Assembly: GCA_038087875.1 (NCBI GenBank)
Contig: CM075987.1
Location: forward strand, 17,362,001 to 17,426,000
Direction of reading: 5' to 3'
DNA: 64,000 nucleotides
DNA from: Malacoraja senta
Taxonomy: Eukaryota
Made by a program: the position numbers and the translations under genes
Notes under the pieces: model-generated
Told to the model about the DNA's origin: nothing
Seen by the model: only the letters and a program-made list of their open reading frames with translations
The model's database searches: none
Shown here: piece by piece, positions 49,851 through 63,800 of the stretch
Layout of the letters: every line of letters starts with the position of its first letter
Position numbering within the stretch: position 1 is the first letter of the stretch

Positions 49851-52800
49851 TTTAAAGACTCTTCAGAAAATGTGTTGGTTGCTTGCAAAGTGTTTGCCAA
49901 ATGGCTTGGCTTTTAAAGACTCTTCTGAAAATGTGATGGTTGCTTGCAAAGCGTTTCGCAAGTTGGCTTGACTTTTAAAGACTCTTCAGAAAATGTGTGG
50001 GTTGCCTGCAAAGCGTTTCGCAAGTTGGCTTGGGTTTTAAAGACTCTTCAGAAAATGTGTTAGTTGCTTGCAAAGCGTTTGGCAAGTTGGCTTGGCTTTT
50101 AAAGACTCTTCAGAAAATGTGTGGGTTGCTTGCAAAGCGTTTGGCAAGTTGGCTTGATTCTAAAGACTCTTCAGTAAATGTGTGGGTTGCTTGCAAAGCG
50201 TTTGCCAAGTTGGCTTGGCTTTTAAAGACTCTTCAGAAAATGGGTTGGTTGCTTGCAAAGCGTTTGCCAAGTTGGCTTGGCTTTTAAGGACTCTTCAGAA
50301 AATGTGTTGGTTGCTTGCAAAGCGTTTGCCAAGTTGGCTTGGCTTTTAAAGACTCTTCACAAAATGTGTTGGCTGCTTGCATTGTGTTTGCCAAGTTGAC
50401 TTGGCTTTTAAAGACTCTTCAGAAAACGTGTTGGTTGCTTGCAAGGCGTTTGCCCAGTTGGCTTGGCTTACAATGACTTCAGGAAATGTGTTGGTTGCTT
50501 GCAAAGCGTTTCCCAAATTGGCTTGGCTTTTAAAGACTCTTCAGAAAATATGTTGGTTGCTTGTAAAGTGTTTGCCAAATTGGCTTGGCTTATAAAGACT
50601 CTTCAGAAAATGTGTTGGTTGCTTGCAAAGTGTTTGCCAAGTTGGGTTGGCTTTTAAAGACTCTTCAGAAAATGTGTTGGTTGCTTGCAAAGCGTTTACC
50701 AAGTTGGCTTGGCTTTTAAAGACTCTTCAGAAAATGTGTTGGTTGCTTGCAAAGCGTTTGGCAAGTTGGCTTGGCTTTTAAAGACTCTTCAGAAAATGTG
50801 TTGGTTGCTTGCAAAGCGTTTGGCAAGTTGGCTTGGCTTTTAAAGACTATTCAGAAAATGAGTTGGTTGCTTTCAAAGCGTTTGCCAAGTTAGCTTGACT
50901 TATAAAGACTCTTCAGAAAATGTGTTGGTTGCTTGCAAGGCGTTTGCCCAGTTGGCTTGGCTTTTAATGACTTCAGAAAATGTGTTGGTTGCTTGCAAAG
51001 CGATTGCCAAGTTGGTTTGACTTTTAAAGCCTCTTCAGAAAATGTGTTGGTTGCTTGCAAAGCGTTTGCCAAGTAGGCTTGGCTTTTAAAGTCTCTTCAG
51101 AAAATGTCTTGGTTGGTTGCAAAGCGTTTGCCAAGTTGGCTTGGCTTTTAAAGACTCTTCTGAAAATGTGATGGTTGCTTGCAAAGCGTTTCGCAAGTTG
51201 GCTTGACTTTTAAAGACTCTTCAGAAAATGTGTGGGTTGCCTGCAAAGCGTTTGGCAAGTTGGCTTGGCTTTTAAAGACTCTTCAGAAAATGTGTTAGTT
51301 GCTTGCAAAGCGTTTGGCAAGTTGGCTTGGCTTTTAAAGACTCTTCAGAAAATGTGTGGGTTGCTTGCAAAGCGTTTGGCAAGTTGGCTTGATTCTAAAG
51401 ACTCTTCAGTAAATGTGTGGGTTGCTTGCAAAGCGTTTGCCAAGTTGGCTTGGCTTTTAAAGACTCTTCAGAAAATGTGTGGGTTGCTTGCAAAGCGTTT
51501 GCCAAGTTGGCTTGGCTTTTAAAGACTCTTCAGAAAATGGGTTGGTTGCTTGCAAAGCGTTTGCCAAGTTGGCTTGGCTTTTAAGGACTCTTCAGAAAAT
51601 GTGTTGGTTGCTTGCGAAGCGTTTGCCAAGTTGGCTTGGCTTTTAAAGACTCTTCACAAAATGTGTTGGCTGCTTGCATTGTGTTTGCCAAGTTGACTTG
51701 GCTTTTAAAGACTCTTCAGAAAACGTGTTGGTTGCTTGCAAGGCGTTTGCCCAGTAGGCTTGGCTTTTGAAGACTCTTCAGAATATGTGTTGGTTGCTTG
51801 CAAAGGGTTTGCCAAATTGGCTTGGCTTTTAAAGACTCTTCAGAAAATGTGTTGGTTGCTTACAAATTGTTTGCCAAGTTGGCTTGGCTTTTAGGGACTC
51901 TTCAGAAAATGTGTTGGTTGCTTGTAAAGTGTATGCCAAATTGGCTTGGCTTTTAAAGACTCTTCAGAAAATGTGTTGGTTGCTTGCAAGGCGTTTGCCC
52001 AGGTGGCTTGGCTTTTAATGACTTCAGAAAATGTGTTGGTTGCTTGCAAGGCGTTTGCCCAGTTGGCTTGGCTTACAATGACTTCAGGAAATGTGTTGGT
52101 TGCTTGCAAAGCGTTTCCCAAATTGGCTTGGCTTTTAAAGACTCTTCAGAAAATGTGTTGGTTGCTTGTAAAGTGTTTGCCAAATTGGCTTGGCTTTTAA
52201 AGACTCTTCAGAAAATGTGTTGGTTGCTTGCAAAATGTTTGCCAAGTTGGGTTGGCTTTTAAAGACTCTTCAGAAAATGTGTTGGTTGCTTGCAAAGCGT
52301 TTACCAAGTTGGCTTGGCTTTTAAAGACTCTTCAGAAAATGTGTTGATTGCTTGCAAAGCGTTTGGCAAGTTGGCTTGGCTTTTAAAGACTCTTCAGAAA
52401 ATCTGTTGGTTGCTTGCAAAGCGTTTGGCAAGTTGGCTTGGCTTTCAAAGACTTCAGAAAATGTGTTGGTTGCTTTCAAAGTGTTTGCCAAGTTGGCTTG
52501 GCTTTTAAAGACTCTTCAGAAAATGTGTTGGTTGCTTGTAAATTGTTTGCCAAATTGGCTTGGCTTTTAACGAGTCTTCAGAAAATGTATTGGTTGCTTG
52601 CAAAGTGTTTGCCAAGTTGGCTTGGCTTTTAAAGACTTCAGGAAATGTGTTGGTTGCTTGCAAAGTGGTTGCCAAATTGGCTTGGCTTTTAAAGACTTCA
52701 GAAAATGTGTTGGTTGCTTGCAAAGTGTTTGCCAAATTGGCCTGGCTTTCAAAGACTTCAGAAAATGGGTTGGTTGCTTGCAAAGTGTTTGCCAATTTGG

Positions 52801-54069
52801 CTTGGCTTTTAAAGTCTATTCAGAAAATGGGTTGGTTGCTTGCAAAGCGTTTGGCAAGTTGGCTTGGCTTTTAAAGACTTCAGAAAATGTGTGGGTTGCT
52901 TGCAAAGCGTTTGGCAAGTTGGCTTGGCTTTTAAAGACTCTTCAGAAAATGTGTTAGTTGCTTGCAAAGCTTTTGGCAAGTTGGCTTGGCTTTTAAAGAC
53001 TCTTCTGAAAATGTGATGGTTGCTTGCAAAGCGTTTACCAAGTTGACTTGGCTTTTAAAGACACTTCAGGAAATGTGTGGGTTGCTTGCAAAGCGTTAGG
53101 CAAGTTGGCTTGGCTTTTAAAGACGTCAGAAAATGTGTTGGTTGCTTGCAAAGCGGTTGGCACGTTGGCTTGGCTTTTAAGGACTATTCAGAAAATGTGT
53201 TGGTTGCTTGCAAAGCGTTTGCCAAGTTGGCTTGGCTTTTAAAGACTTCAGAAGATGTGTTGGTAGCTTGCAAAGCGTTTGGCAAGTTGGCTTGGCTTTT
53301 AAAGACTCTTCGGAAAATGTGTTGGTTGCTTGCAAATAGTTTACCAAGTTGGCTTAGGTTTTAAAGACTCTTCAGAAAATGTGTTGGTTGCTTGCAAAGC
53401 GTTTGGCAAGTTAGCTTGACATTTAAAGACTCCTCAGAAAAAGTGTTGGTTGCTTGCAAAGCGTTTGCCCAGTTGGCTTGCCTTTTAAAGACTCTTCAGA
53501 AAATGTGTTGGTTGCTTGCAAAGTGTTTGCCTAGTTGGCTTGGCTTTTAAAGACTTCAGAAAATGTGTTGGTTGCTTGCAAAGTGTTTGCCAAATTGGCT
53601 TGGCTTTTAAAGACTCTTCAGAAAATGGGTTGGTTGCTTGCAAAGTGTTTGCCAAGTTGGCTTGTCTTTTAAAGACTTCAGAAAATGTGTTGGTTACTTG
53701 CAAAGTGTTTGCCAATTTGGCTTGGCTTTTAAAAACTTCAGAAAATGTGTTGGTTGCTTGCAAAGTGTTTGCCAAGTTGGCTTGGCTTTTAAAGACTCTT
53801 CAGTAAATGTGTTGGTTGGTTGCAAAGTGTTTGCCAAGTTGGCTTGGCTTTTAAAGACTTCAGAAAATGTGTTGGTTGCTTGCAAAGTGTTTGCCAAATT
53901 GGCTTGGCTTTTCAAGACTCTTCCGAAAATGTGTGGGTTGCTTGCATAGCGTTTGGCAAGTAGGCTTGGCTTTTATAGACTCTTCAGTAAATGTGTGGGT
54001 TGCTTGCAAAGCGTTTGGCAAGTTGGGTTGGCTTTTAAAGGCTCTTCAGAAAATGTGTGGGTTGCTTGC

Positions 54070-57000
54070 AAAGCGATTGCCAAGTTGGCTTGGCTTTTAA
54101 AGACTCTTCAGAAAATGTGTTGGTTGCTTGCAAAGTGTTTGGCAAGTTGGCTTGGCTTTTAAAGACTCTTCAGAAAATGTGTTGATTGCTTGCAAAGCGT
54201 TTGGCAAGTTGGCTTGGCTTTTAAAGACTCTTCAGAAAATCTGTTGGTTGCTTGCAAAGCGTTTGGCAAGTTGGCTTGGCTTTCAAAGACTCTTCAGAAA
54301 ATGTGTTGGTTGCTTTCAAAGCGTTTGCCAAGTTAGCTTGACTTATAAAGACTCTTCAGAAAATGTGTTGGTTGCTTGCAAGGCGTTTGCCCAGTTGGCT
54401 TGGCTTTTAATGACTTCAGAAAATGTGTTGGTTGCTTGCAAAGCGATTGCCAAGTTGGTTTGACTTTTAAAGCCTCTTCAGAAAATGTGTTGGTTGCTTG
54501 CAAAGCGTTTGCCAAATAGGCTTGGCTTTTAAAGTCTCTTCAGAAAATGTCTTGGTTGCTTGCAAAGCGTTTGCCAAGTTGGCTTGGCTTTTAAAGACTC
54601 TTCAGAAAATGTGTTGGTTGCTTGCAAAGTGTTTGCCAAGTTGGCTTGGCTTATAAAGACTATTCAGAAAATGTGTCGGTTTCTTGTAAAGTGTTTGCCA
54701 AATTGGCTTGGCTTTTAAAGACTCTTCAGAAAATGTGTTGGTTGCTTGCTAAGTGTTTGCCAAGTTGGCTTGGCTTTTAAAGACTCTTCAGAAAATGTGT
54801 TGGTTGCTTGTAAATTGTTTGCCAAATTGGCTTGGCTTTTAACGAGTCTTCAGAAAATGTATTGGTTGCTTGCAAAGTGTTTGCCAAGTTGGCTTGGCTT
54901 TTAAAGACTTCAGGAAATGTGTTGGTTGCTTGCAAAGTGGTTGCCAAATTGGCTTGGCTTTTAAAGACTTCAGAAAATGTGTTGGTTGCTTGCAAAGTGT
55001 TTGCCAAATTGGCCTGGCTTTCAAAGACTTCAGAAAATGGGTTGGTTGCTTGCAAAGTGTTTGCCAATTTGGCTTGGCTTTTAAAGTCTATTCAGAAAAT
55101 GGGTTGGTTGCTTGCAAAGCGTTTGGCAAGTTGGCTTGGCTTTTAAAGACTTCAGAAAATGTGTGGGTTGCTTGCAAAGCGTTTGGCAAGTTGGCTTGGC
55201 TTTTAAAGACACTTCAGAAAATGTGTTAGTTGCTTGCAAAGCTTTTGGCAAGTTGGCTTGGCTTTTAAAGACTCTTCTGAAAATGTGATGGTTGCTTGCA
55301 AAGCGTTTACCAAGTTGACTTGGCTTTTAAAGACACTTCAGGAAATGTGTGGGTTGCTTGCAAAGCGTTAGGCAAGTTGGCTTGGCTTTTAAAGACGTCA
55401 GAAAATGTGTTGGTTGCTTGCAAAGCGGTTGGCACGTTGGCTTGGCTTTTAAGGACTATTCAGAAAACGTGTTGGTTGCTTGCAAAGCGTTTGCCAAGTT
55501 GGCTTGGCTTTTAAAGACTTCAGAAGATGTGTTGGTTGCTTGCAAAGCGTTTGGCAAGTTGGCTTGGCTTTTAAAGACTCTTCGGAAAATGTGTTGGTTG
55601 CTTGCAAATAGTTTACCAAGTTGGCGGGTTTTAAAGACTCTTCAGAAAATGTGTTGGTTGCTTGCAAAGCGTTTGGCAAGTTAGCTTGACTTTTAAAGAC
55701 TCCTCAGAAAATGTGTTGGTTGCTTGCAAAGTGGTTGCCAAATTGGCTTGGCTTTTAAAGACTTCAGAAAATGTGTTGGTTGCTTGCAAAGTGTTTGCCA
55801 AATTGGCCTGGCTTTCAAAGACTTCAGAAAATTGGTTGGTTGCTTGCAAAGTGTTTGCCAATTTGGCTTGGCTTTTAAAGTCTATTCAGAAAATGGGTTG
55901 GTTGCTTGCAAAGCGTTTGGCAAGTTGGCTTGGCTTTTAAAGACTTCAGAAAATGTGTGGGTTGCTTGCAAAGCGTTTGGCAAGTTGGCTTGGCTTTTAA
56001 AGACTCTTCAGAAAATGTGTTAGTTGCTTGCAAAGCTTTTGGCAAGTTGGCTTGGCTTTTAAAGACTCTTCTGTAAATGTGATGGTTGCTTGCAAAGCGT
56101 TTACCAAGTTGACTTGGCTTTTAAAGACACTTCAGGAAATGTGTGGGTTGCTTGCAAAGCGTTAGGCAAGTTGGCTTGGCTTTTAAAGACGTCAGAAAAT
56201 GTGTTAGTTGCTTGCAAAGCGGTTGGCACGTTGGCTTGGCTTTTAAGGACTATTCAGAAAACGTGTTGGTTGCTTGCAAAGCGTTTGCCAAGTTGGCTTG
56301 GCTTTTAAAGACTTCAGAAGATGTGTTGGTTGCTTGCAAAGCGTTTGGCAAGTTGGCTTGGCTTTTAAAGACTCTTCGGAAAATGTGTTGGTTGCTTGCA
56401 AATAGTTTACCAAGTTGGCTTGGGTTTTAAAGACTCTTCAGAAAATGTGTTGGTTGCTTGCAAAGCGTTTGGCAAGTTAGCTTGACTTTTAAAGACTCCT
56501 CAGAAAATGTGTTGGTTGCTTGCAAAGCGTTTGCCCAGTTGGCTTGCCTTTTCAGGACTCTTCAGAAAATGTGTTGGTTGCTTGCAAAGTGTTTGCCAAG
56601 TTGGCTTGGCTTTTAAAGACTTCAGAAAATGTGTTGGTTGCTTGCAAAGTGTTTGCCAAATTGGCTTGGCTTTTAAAGACTCTTCAGAAAATGGGTTGGT
56701 TGCTTGCAAAGTGTTTGCCAAGTTGGCTTGTCTTTTAAAGACTTCAGAAAATGTGTTGGTTACTTGCAAAGTGTTTGCCAATTTGGCTTGGCTTTTAAAA
56801 ACTTCAGAAAATGTGTTGGTTGCTTTCAAAGTGTTTGCCAAATTGGCTTGGGTTTTCAAGACTCTTCCGAAAATGTGTGGGTTGCTTGCATAGCGTTTGG
56901 CAAGTAGGCTTGGCTTTTAAAGACTCTTCAGTAAATGTGTGGGTTGCTTGCAAAGCGTTTGGCAAGTTGGGTTGGCTTTTAAAGGCTCTTCAGAAAATGT

Positions 57001-60000
57001 GTGGGTTGCTTGCAAAGCGATTGCCAAGTTGGCTTGGCTTTTAAAGTCTCTTCAGAAAATGTGTTGATTGCTTGCAAAGTGTTTGGCAAGTTGGCTTGGC
57101 CTTTAAAGACTCTTCAGAAAATGTGTTGGTTGCTTTCAAAGCGTTTGCCAAGTTAGCTTGACTTATAAAGACTCTTCAGAAAATGTGTTGGTTGCTTGCA
57201 AGGCGTTTGCCCAGTTGGCTTGGCTTTTAATGACTTCAGAAAATGTGTTGGTTGCTTGCAAAGCGATTGCCAAGTTGGTTTGACTTTTAAAGCCTCTTCA
57301 GAAAATGTGTTGGTTGCTTGCAAAGCGTTTGCCAAATAGGCTTGGCTTTTAAAGTCTCTTCAGAAAATGTCTTGGTTGCTTGCAAAGCGTTTGCCAAGTT
57401 GGCTTGGCTTTTAAAGAATCTTCAGAAAATGTGTTGGTTGCTTGCAAAGCGATTGCCAAGTTGGCTTGGCTTTTAAAGACTCTTCAGAAAATGTGTTGGT
57501 TGCTTGCAAAGTGTTTGGCAAGTTGGCTTGGCTTTTAAAGACTCTTCAGAAAATGTGTTGATTGCTTGCAAAGCGTTTGGCAAGTTGGCTTGGCTTTTAA
57601 AGACTCTTCAGAAAATCTGTTGGTTGCTTGCAAAGCGTTTGGCAAGTTGGCTTGGCTTTCAAAGACTCTTCAGAAAATGTGTTGGTTGCTTTCAAAGCGT
57701 TTGCCAAGTTAGCTTGACTTATAAAGACTCTTCAGAAAATGTGTTGGTTGCTTGCAAGGCGTTTGCCCAGTTGGCTTGGCTTTTAATGACTTCAGAAAAT
57801 GTGTTGGTTGCTTGCAAAGCGATTGCCAAGTTGGTTTGACTTTTAAAGCCTCTTCAGAAAATGTGTTGGTTGCTTGCAAAGCGTTTGCCAAATAGGCTTG
57901 GCTTTTAAAGTCTCTTCAGAAAATGTCTTGGTTGCTTGCAAAGCGTTTGCCAAGTTGGCTTGGCTTTTAAAGACTCTTCAGAAAATGTGTTGGTTGCTTG
58001 CAAAGTGTTTGCCAAGTTGGCTTGGCTTATAAAGACTATTCAGAAAATGTGTCGGTTTCTTGTAAAGTGTTTGCCAAATTGGCTTGGCTTTTAAAGACTC
58101 TTCAGAAAATGTGTTGGTTGCTTGCTAAGTGTTTGCCAAGTTGGCTTGGCTTTTAAAGACTCTTCAGAAAATGTGTTGGTTGCTTGTAAATTGTTTGCCA
58201 AATTGGCTTGGCTTTTAACGAGTCTTCAGAAAATGTATTGGTTGCTTGCAAAGTGTTTGCCAAGTTGGCTTGGCTTTTAAAGACTTCAGGAAATGTGTTG
58301 GTTGCTTGCAAAGTGGTTGCCAAATTGGCTTGGCTTTTAAAGACTTCAGAAAATGTGTTGGTTGCTTGCAAAGTGTTTGCCAAATTGGCCTGGCTTTCAA
58401 AGACTTCAGAAAATGGGTTGGTTGCTTGCAAAGTGTTTGCCAATTTGGCTTGGCTTTTAAAGTCTATTCAGAAAATGGGTTGGTTGCTTGCAAAGCGTTT
58501 GGCAAGTTGGCTTGGCTTTTAAAGACTTCAGAAAATGTGTGGGTTGCTTGCAAAGCGTTTGGCAAGTTGGCTTGGCTTTTAAAGACACTTCAGAAAATGT
58601 GTTAGTTGCTTGCAAAGCTTTTGGCAAGTTGGCTTGGCTTTTAAAGACTCTTCTGAAAATGTGATGGTTGCTTGCAAAGCGTTTACCAAGTTGACTTGGC
58701 TTTTAAAGACACTTCAGGAAATGTGTGGGTTGCTTGCAAAGCGTTAGGCAAGTTGGCTTGGCTTTTAAAGACGTCAGAAAATGTGTTGGTTGCTTGCAAA
58801 GCGGTTGGCACGTTGGCTTGGCTTTTAAGGACTATTCAGAAAACGTGTTGGTTGCTTGCAAAGCGTTTGCCAAGTTGGCTTGGCTTTTAAAGACTTCAGA
58901 AGATGTGTTGGTTGCTTGCAAAGCGTTTGGCAAGTTGGCTTGGCTTTTAAAGACTCTTCGGAAAATGTGTTGGTTGCTTGCAAATAGTTTACCAAGTTGG
59001 CGGGTTTTAAAGACTCTTCAGAAAATGTGTTGGTTGCTTGCAAAGCGTTTGGCAAGTTAGCTTGACTTTTAAAGACTCCTCAGAAAATGTGTTGGTTGCT
59101 TGCAAAGTGGTTGCCAAATTGGCTTGGCTTTTAAAGACTTCAGAAAATGTGTTGGTTGCTTGCAAAGTGTTTGCCAAATTGGCCTGGCTTTCAAAGACTT
59201 CAGAAAATTGGTTGGTTGCTTGCAAAGTGTTTGCCAATTTGGCTTGGCTTTTAAAGTCTATTCAGAAAATGGGTTGGTTGCTTGCAAAGCGTTTGGCAAG
59301 TTGGCTTGGCTTTTAAAGACTTCAGAAAATGTGTGGGTTGCTTGCAAAGCGTTTGGCAAGTTGGCTTGGCTTTTAAAGACTCTTCAGAAAATGTGTTAGT
59401 TGCTTGCAAAGCTTTTGGCAAGTTGGCTTGGCTTTTAAAGACTCTTCTGTAAATGTGATGGTTGCTTGCAAAGCGTTTACCAAGTTGACTTGGCTTTTAA
59501 AGACACTTCAGGAAATGTGTGGGTTGCTTGCAAAGCGTTAGGCAAGTTGGCTTGGCTTTTAAAGACGTCAGAAAATGTGTTAGTTGCTTGCAAAGCGGTT
59601 GGCACGTTGGCTTGGCTTTTAAGGACTATTCAGAAAACGTGTTGGTTGCTTGCAAAGCGTTTGCCAAGTTGGCTTGGCTTTTAAAGACTTCAGAAGATGT
59701 GTTGGTTGCTTGCAAAGCGTTTGGCAAGTTGGCTTGGCTTTTAAAGACTCTTCGGAAAATGTGTTGGTTGCTTGCAAATAGTTTACCAAGTTGGCTTGGG
59801 TTTTAAAGACTCTTCAGAAAATGTGTTGGTTGCTTGCAAAGCGTTTGGCAAGTTAGCTTGACTTTTAAAGACTCCTCAGAAAATGTGTTGGTTGCTTGCA
59901 AAGCGTTTGCCCAGTTGGCTTGCCTTTTCAGGACTCTTCAGAAAATGTGTTGGTTGCTTGCAAAGTGTTTGCCAAGTTGGCTTGGCTTTTAAAGACTTCA

Positions 60001-60820
60001 GAAAATGTGTTGGTTGCTTGCAAAGTGTTTGCCAAATTGGCTTGGCTTTTAAAGACTCTTCAGAAAATGGGTTGGTTGCTTGCAAAGTGTTTGCCAAGTT
60101 GGCTTGTCTTTTAAAGACTTCAGAAAATGTGTTGGTTACTTGCAAAGTGTTTGCCAATTTGGCTTGGCTTTTAAAAACTTCAGAAAATGTGTTGGTTGCT
60201 TTCAAAGTGTTTGCCAAATTGGCTTGGGTTTTCAAGACTCTTCCGAAAATGTGTGGGTTGCTTGCATAGCGTTTGGCAAGTAGGCTTGGCTTTTAAAGAC
60301 TCTTCAGTAAATGTGTGGGTTGCTTGCAAAGCGTTTGGCAAGTTGGGTTGGCTTTTAAAGGCTCTTCAGAAAATGTGTGGGTTGCTTGCAAAGCGATTGC
60401 CAAGTTGGCTTGGCTTTTAAAGTCTCTTCAGAAAATGTGTTGATTGCTTGCAAAGTGTTTGGCAAGTTGGCTTGGCCTTTAAAGACTCTTCAGAAAATGT
60501 GTTGGTTGCTTTCAAAGCGTTTGCCAAGTTAGCTTGACTTATAAAGACTCTTCAGAAAATGTGTTGGTTGCTTGCAAGGCGTTTGCCCAGTTGGCTTGGC
60601 TTTTAATGACTTCAGAAAATGTGTTGGTTGCTTGCAAAGCGATTGCCAAGTTGGTTTGACTTTTAAAGCCTCTTCAGAAAATGTGTTGGTTGCTTGCAAA
60701 GCGTTTGCCAAATAGGCTTGGCTTTTAAAGTCTCTTCAGAAAATGTCTTGGTTGCTTGCAAAGCGTTTGCCAAGTTGGCTTGGCTTTTAAAGAATCTTCA
60801 GAAAATGTGTTGGTTGCTTG
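54070..60820. repeat. Higher-order duplication, period 3376 bp (about 55 monomers, 2 copies)
   Basis: Offsets 54128/57504, 54777/58153 and 57153/60529. Shared marker TTGGCGGGTTTT near 55621 and 58997. Confidence 0.9.
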
Positions 60821-63800
60821 CAAAGTGTTTGCCAAGTTGGCTTGGTTTATAAAGACTATTCAGAAAATGTGTCGGTTTCTTGTAAAGTGTTTGCCAAATT
60901 GGCTTGGCTTTTAAAGACTCTTCAGAAAATGTGTTAGTTGCTTGCTAAGTGTTTGCCAAGTTGGCTTGGCTTTTAAAGACTCTTCAGAAAATGTGTTGGT
61001 TGCTTGTAAATTGTTTGCCAAATTGGCTTGGCTTTTAACGAGTGTTCAGAAAATGTATTGGTTGCTTGCAAAGTGTTTGCCAAGTTGGCTTGGCTTTTAA
61101 AGACTTCAGAAAATGTGTTGGTTGCTTGCAAAGTGGTTGCCAAATTGGCTTGGCTTTTAAAGAGTTCAGAAAATGTGTTGGTTGCTTGCAAAGTGTTTGC
61201 CAAATTGGCCTGGCTTTCAAAGACTTCAGAAAATGGGTTGGTTGCTTGCAAAGTGTTTGCCAATTTGGCTTGGCTTTTAAAGTCTATTCAGAAAATGGGT
61301 TGGTTGCTTGCAAAGCGTTTGGCAAGTTGGCTTGGCTTTTAAAGACTTCAGAAAATGTGTGGGTTGCTTGCAAAGGATTTGGCAAGTTGGCTTGGCTTTT
61401 AAAGACTCTTCAGAAAATGTGTTAGTTGCTTGCAAAGCTTTTGGCAAGTTGGCTTGGCTTTCAAAGACTCTTCTGAAAATGTGATGGTTGCTTGCAAAGC
61501 GTTTACCAAGTTGACTTGGCTTTTGAAGACACTTCAGGAAATGTGTGGGTTGCTTGCAAAGCGTTAGGCAAGTTGGCTTGGATTTTAAAGACGTCAGAAA
61601 ATGTGTTGGTTGCTTGCAAAGCGGTTGGCACGTTGGCTTGACTTTTAAGGACTATTCAGCAAATGTGTTGGTTGCTTGCAAAGCGTTTGCCAAGTTGGCT
61701 TGGCTTTTAAAGACTTCAGAAGATGTGTTGGTTGCTTGCAAAGCGTTTGGCCAGTTGGCTTGGCTTTTAAAGACTCTTCAGAAAATGTGTTGGTTGCTTG
61801 CAAATAGTTTACCAAGTTGGCTTGGGTTTTAAAGACTCTTCAGAAAATGTGTTGGTTGCTTGCAAAGCGTTTGGCAAGTTAACTTGACTTTTAAAGACTC
61901 CTCAGAAAATGTGTTGGTTGCTTGCAAAGCGTTTGCCCAGTTGGCTTGCCTTTTAAAGACTCTTCAGAAAATGGGTTGGTTGCTTGCAAAGTGTTTGCCC
62001 AGTTGGCTTGCCTTTTAAAGACTCTTCAGAAAATGTGTTGGTTGCTTGCAAAGTGTTTGCCAAATTGGCTTGGCTTTTAAAGATTCTTCAGAAAATGGGT
62101 TGGTTGCTTGCAAAGTGTTTGCCAAGTTGGCTTGTCTTTTAAAGACTTCAGAAAATGTGTTGGTTGCTTGCAAAGTGTTTGCCAATTTGGCTTGGCTTTT
62201 AAAGACTTCAGAAAATGTGTTTGTTGCTTGCAAAGTGTTTGCCAAGTTGGCTTGGCTTTTAAAGACTCTTCAGTAAATGTGTTGGTTGGTTGTAAAGTGT
62301 TTGCCAAGTTGGCTTGGCTTTTAAAGACTTCAGAAAATGTGTTGGTTGCTTGCAAAGTGTTTGCCAAATTGGCTTGGCTTTTCAAGACTCTTCCGAAAAT
62401 GTGTGGGTTGCTTGCATAGCGTTTGGCAAGTAGGCTTGGCTTTTAAAGACTCTTCAGTAAATGTGTGGGTTGCTTGCAAAGCGTTTGGCAAGTTGGGTTG
62501 GCTTTTAAAGGCTCTTCAGAAAATGTGTGGGTTGCTTGCAAAGCGATTGGCAAGTTGGCTTGGCTTTTAAAGACTCTTCTGAAAATGTGTTGGTTGCTTG
62601 CAAAGTGTTTGGCAAGTTGGCTTGGCTTTTAAAGACTCTTCAGAAAATGTGTTGGTTGCTTTCAAAGCGTTTGCCAAGTTAGCTTGAATTTTAATGACTC
62701 TTCAGAAAATGTGTTGGTTGCTTGCAAAGCGTTTGCCCAATTGGCTTGCCTTTTAAAGACTCTTCAGAAAATGTGTTGGTTGCTTGCAAAGTGTTTGCCA
62801 AGTTGGCTTGGCTTTTAAAGACTCTTCAGAAAACATGTTGGTTGCTTGCAAAGTGTTTTGCAAGTTGTCTTGGCCTTTAAAGACTCTTCCGAAAATGTGT
62901 TGGTTGCTTGTAAAGTGTTTGCCAAATTGGCTTGGCTTTTAAAGACTTCAGAAAATGTGTTGGTTGCTTGCAAAGTGTTTGCCAATTTGGCTTGGCTTTT
63001 AAAGACTCTTCAGAAAATGTGTTGGTTGCTTGCAAAGTGTTTGCCAAATTGGCTTGGCTTTTAAAGACTCTTCAGAAAATGGGTTGGTTGCTTGCAAAGT
63101 GTTTGCCAAATTGGCTTGGCTTTTAAAGACTCTTGAGAAAATGTGTTGGTTGCTTGCAAAGTATTTGCCAAGTTGGCTTGGCTTTTAATGACTCTTCAGT
63201 AAATGTGTTGGTTGCTTGCAAAATGTTTGCCAAGTTGGCTTGGCTTTTAAAGAATCTTCAAAAAATGCGTTGGTTGGTTGCAAAGTGTTTGCCAAATTGG
63301 CTTTTAAAGACTCTTCAGAAAACGTGTGGGTTGCTTGCAAAGCGTTTGGCAACTTGGCTTGGCTTTTAAAGACTTCAGTAAATGTGTGGGTTGCTTGCAA
63401 AGCGTTTGGCAAGTTGGCTTGGCTTTTAAAGACTTCAGAAAATGTGTGGGTTGATTGCAAAACGTTTGGCAAGGGCTTGGCTTTTAAAGACTCTTCAGAA
63501 AATGTGTTAGTTGCTTGCAAAGCGTTTGGCAAGTTGACTTGGCTTTTAAAGACTCTTCAGAAAATGTGTTGGTTGCTTGCAAAGCGTATGGCCAGTTGGC
63601 TTGGCTTTTAAAGACTCTTCAGAAAATCTGTTGGTTGCTTCCAAAGCGTTTGCCAAGTTGGCTTGGCTTTTAATGACTCTTCAGAAAACGTGTTGGTTGC
63701 TTGCAAAGCGTTTGCCAAGTTGGCTTGGCTTTTAAAGACTCTTCAGAAAACGTGTTGGTTGCTTGCAAAGCGTTTGCCAAGTTGGCTTGGCTTTTAATGA

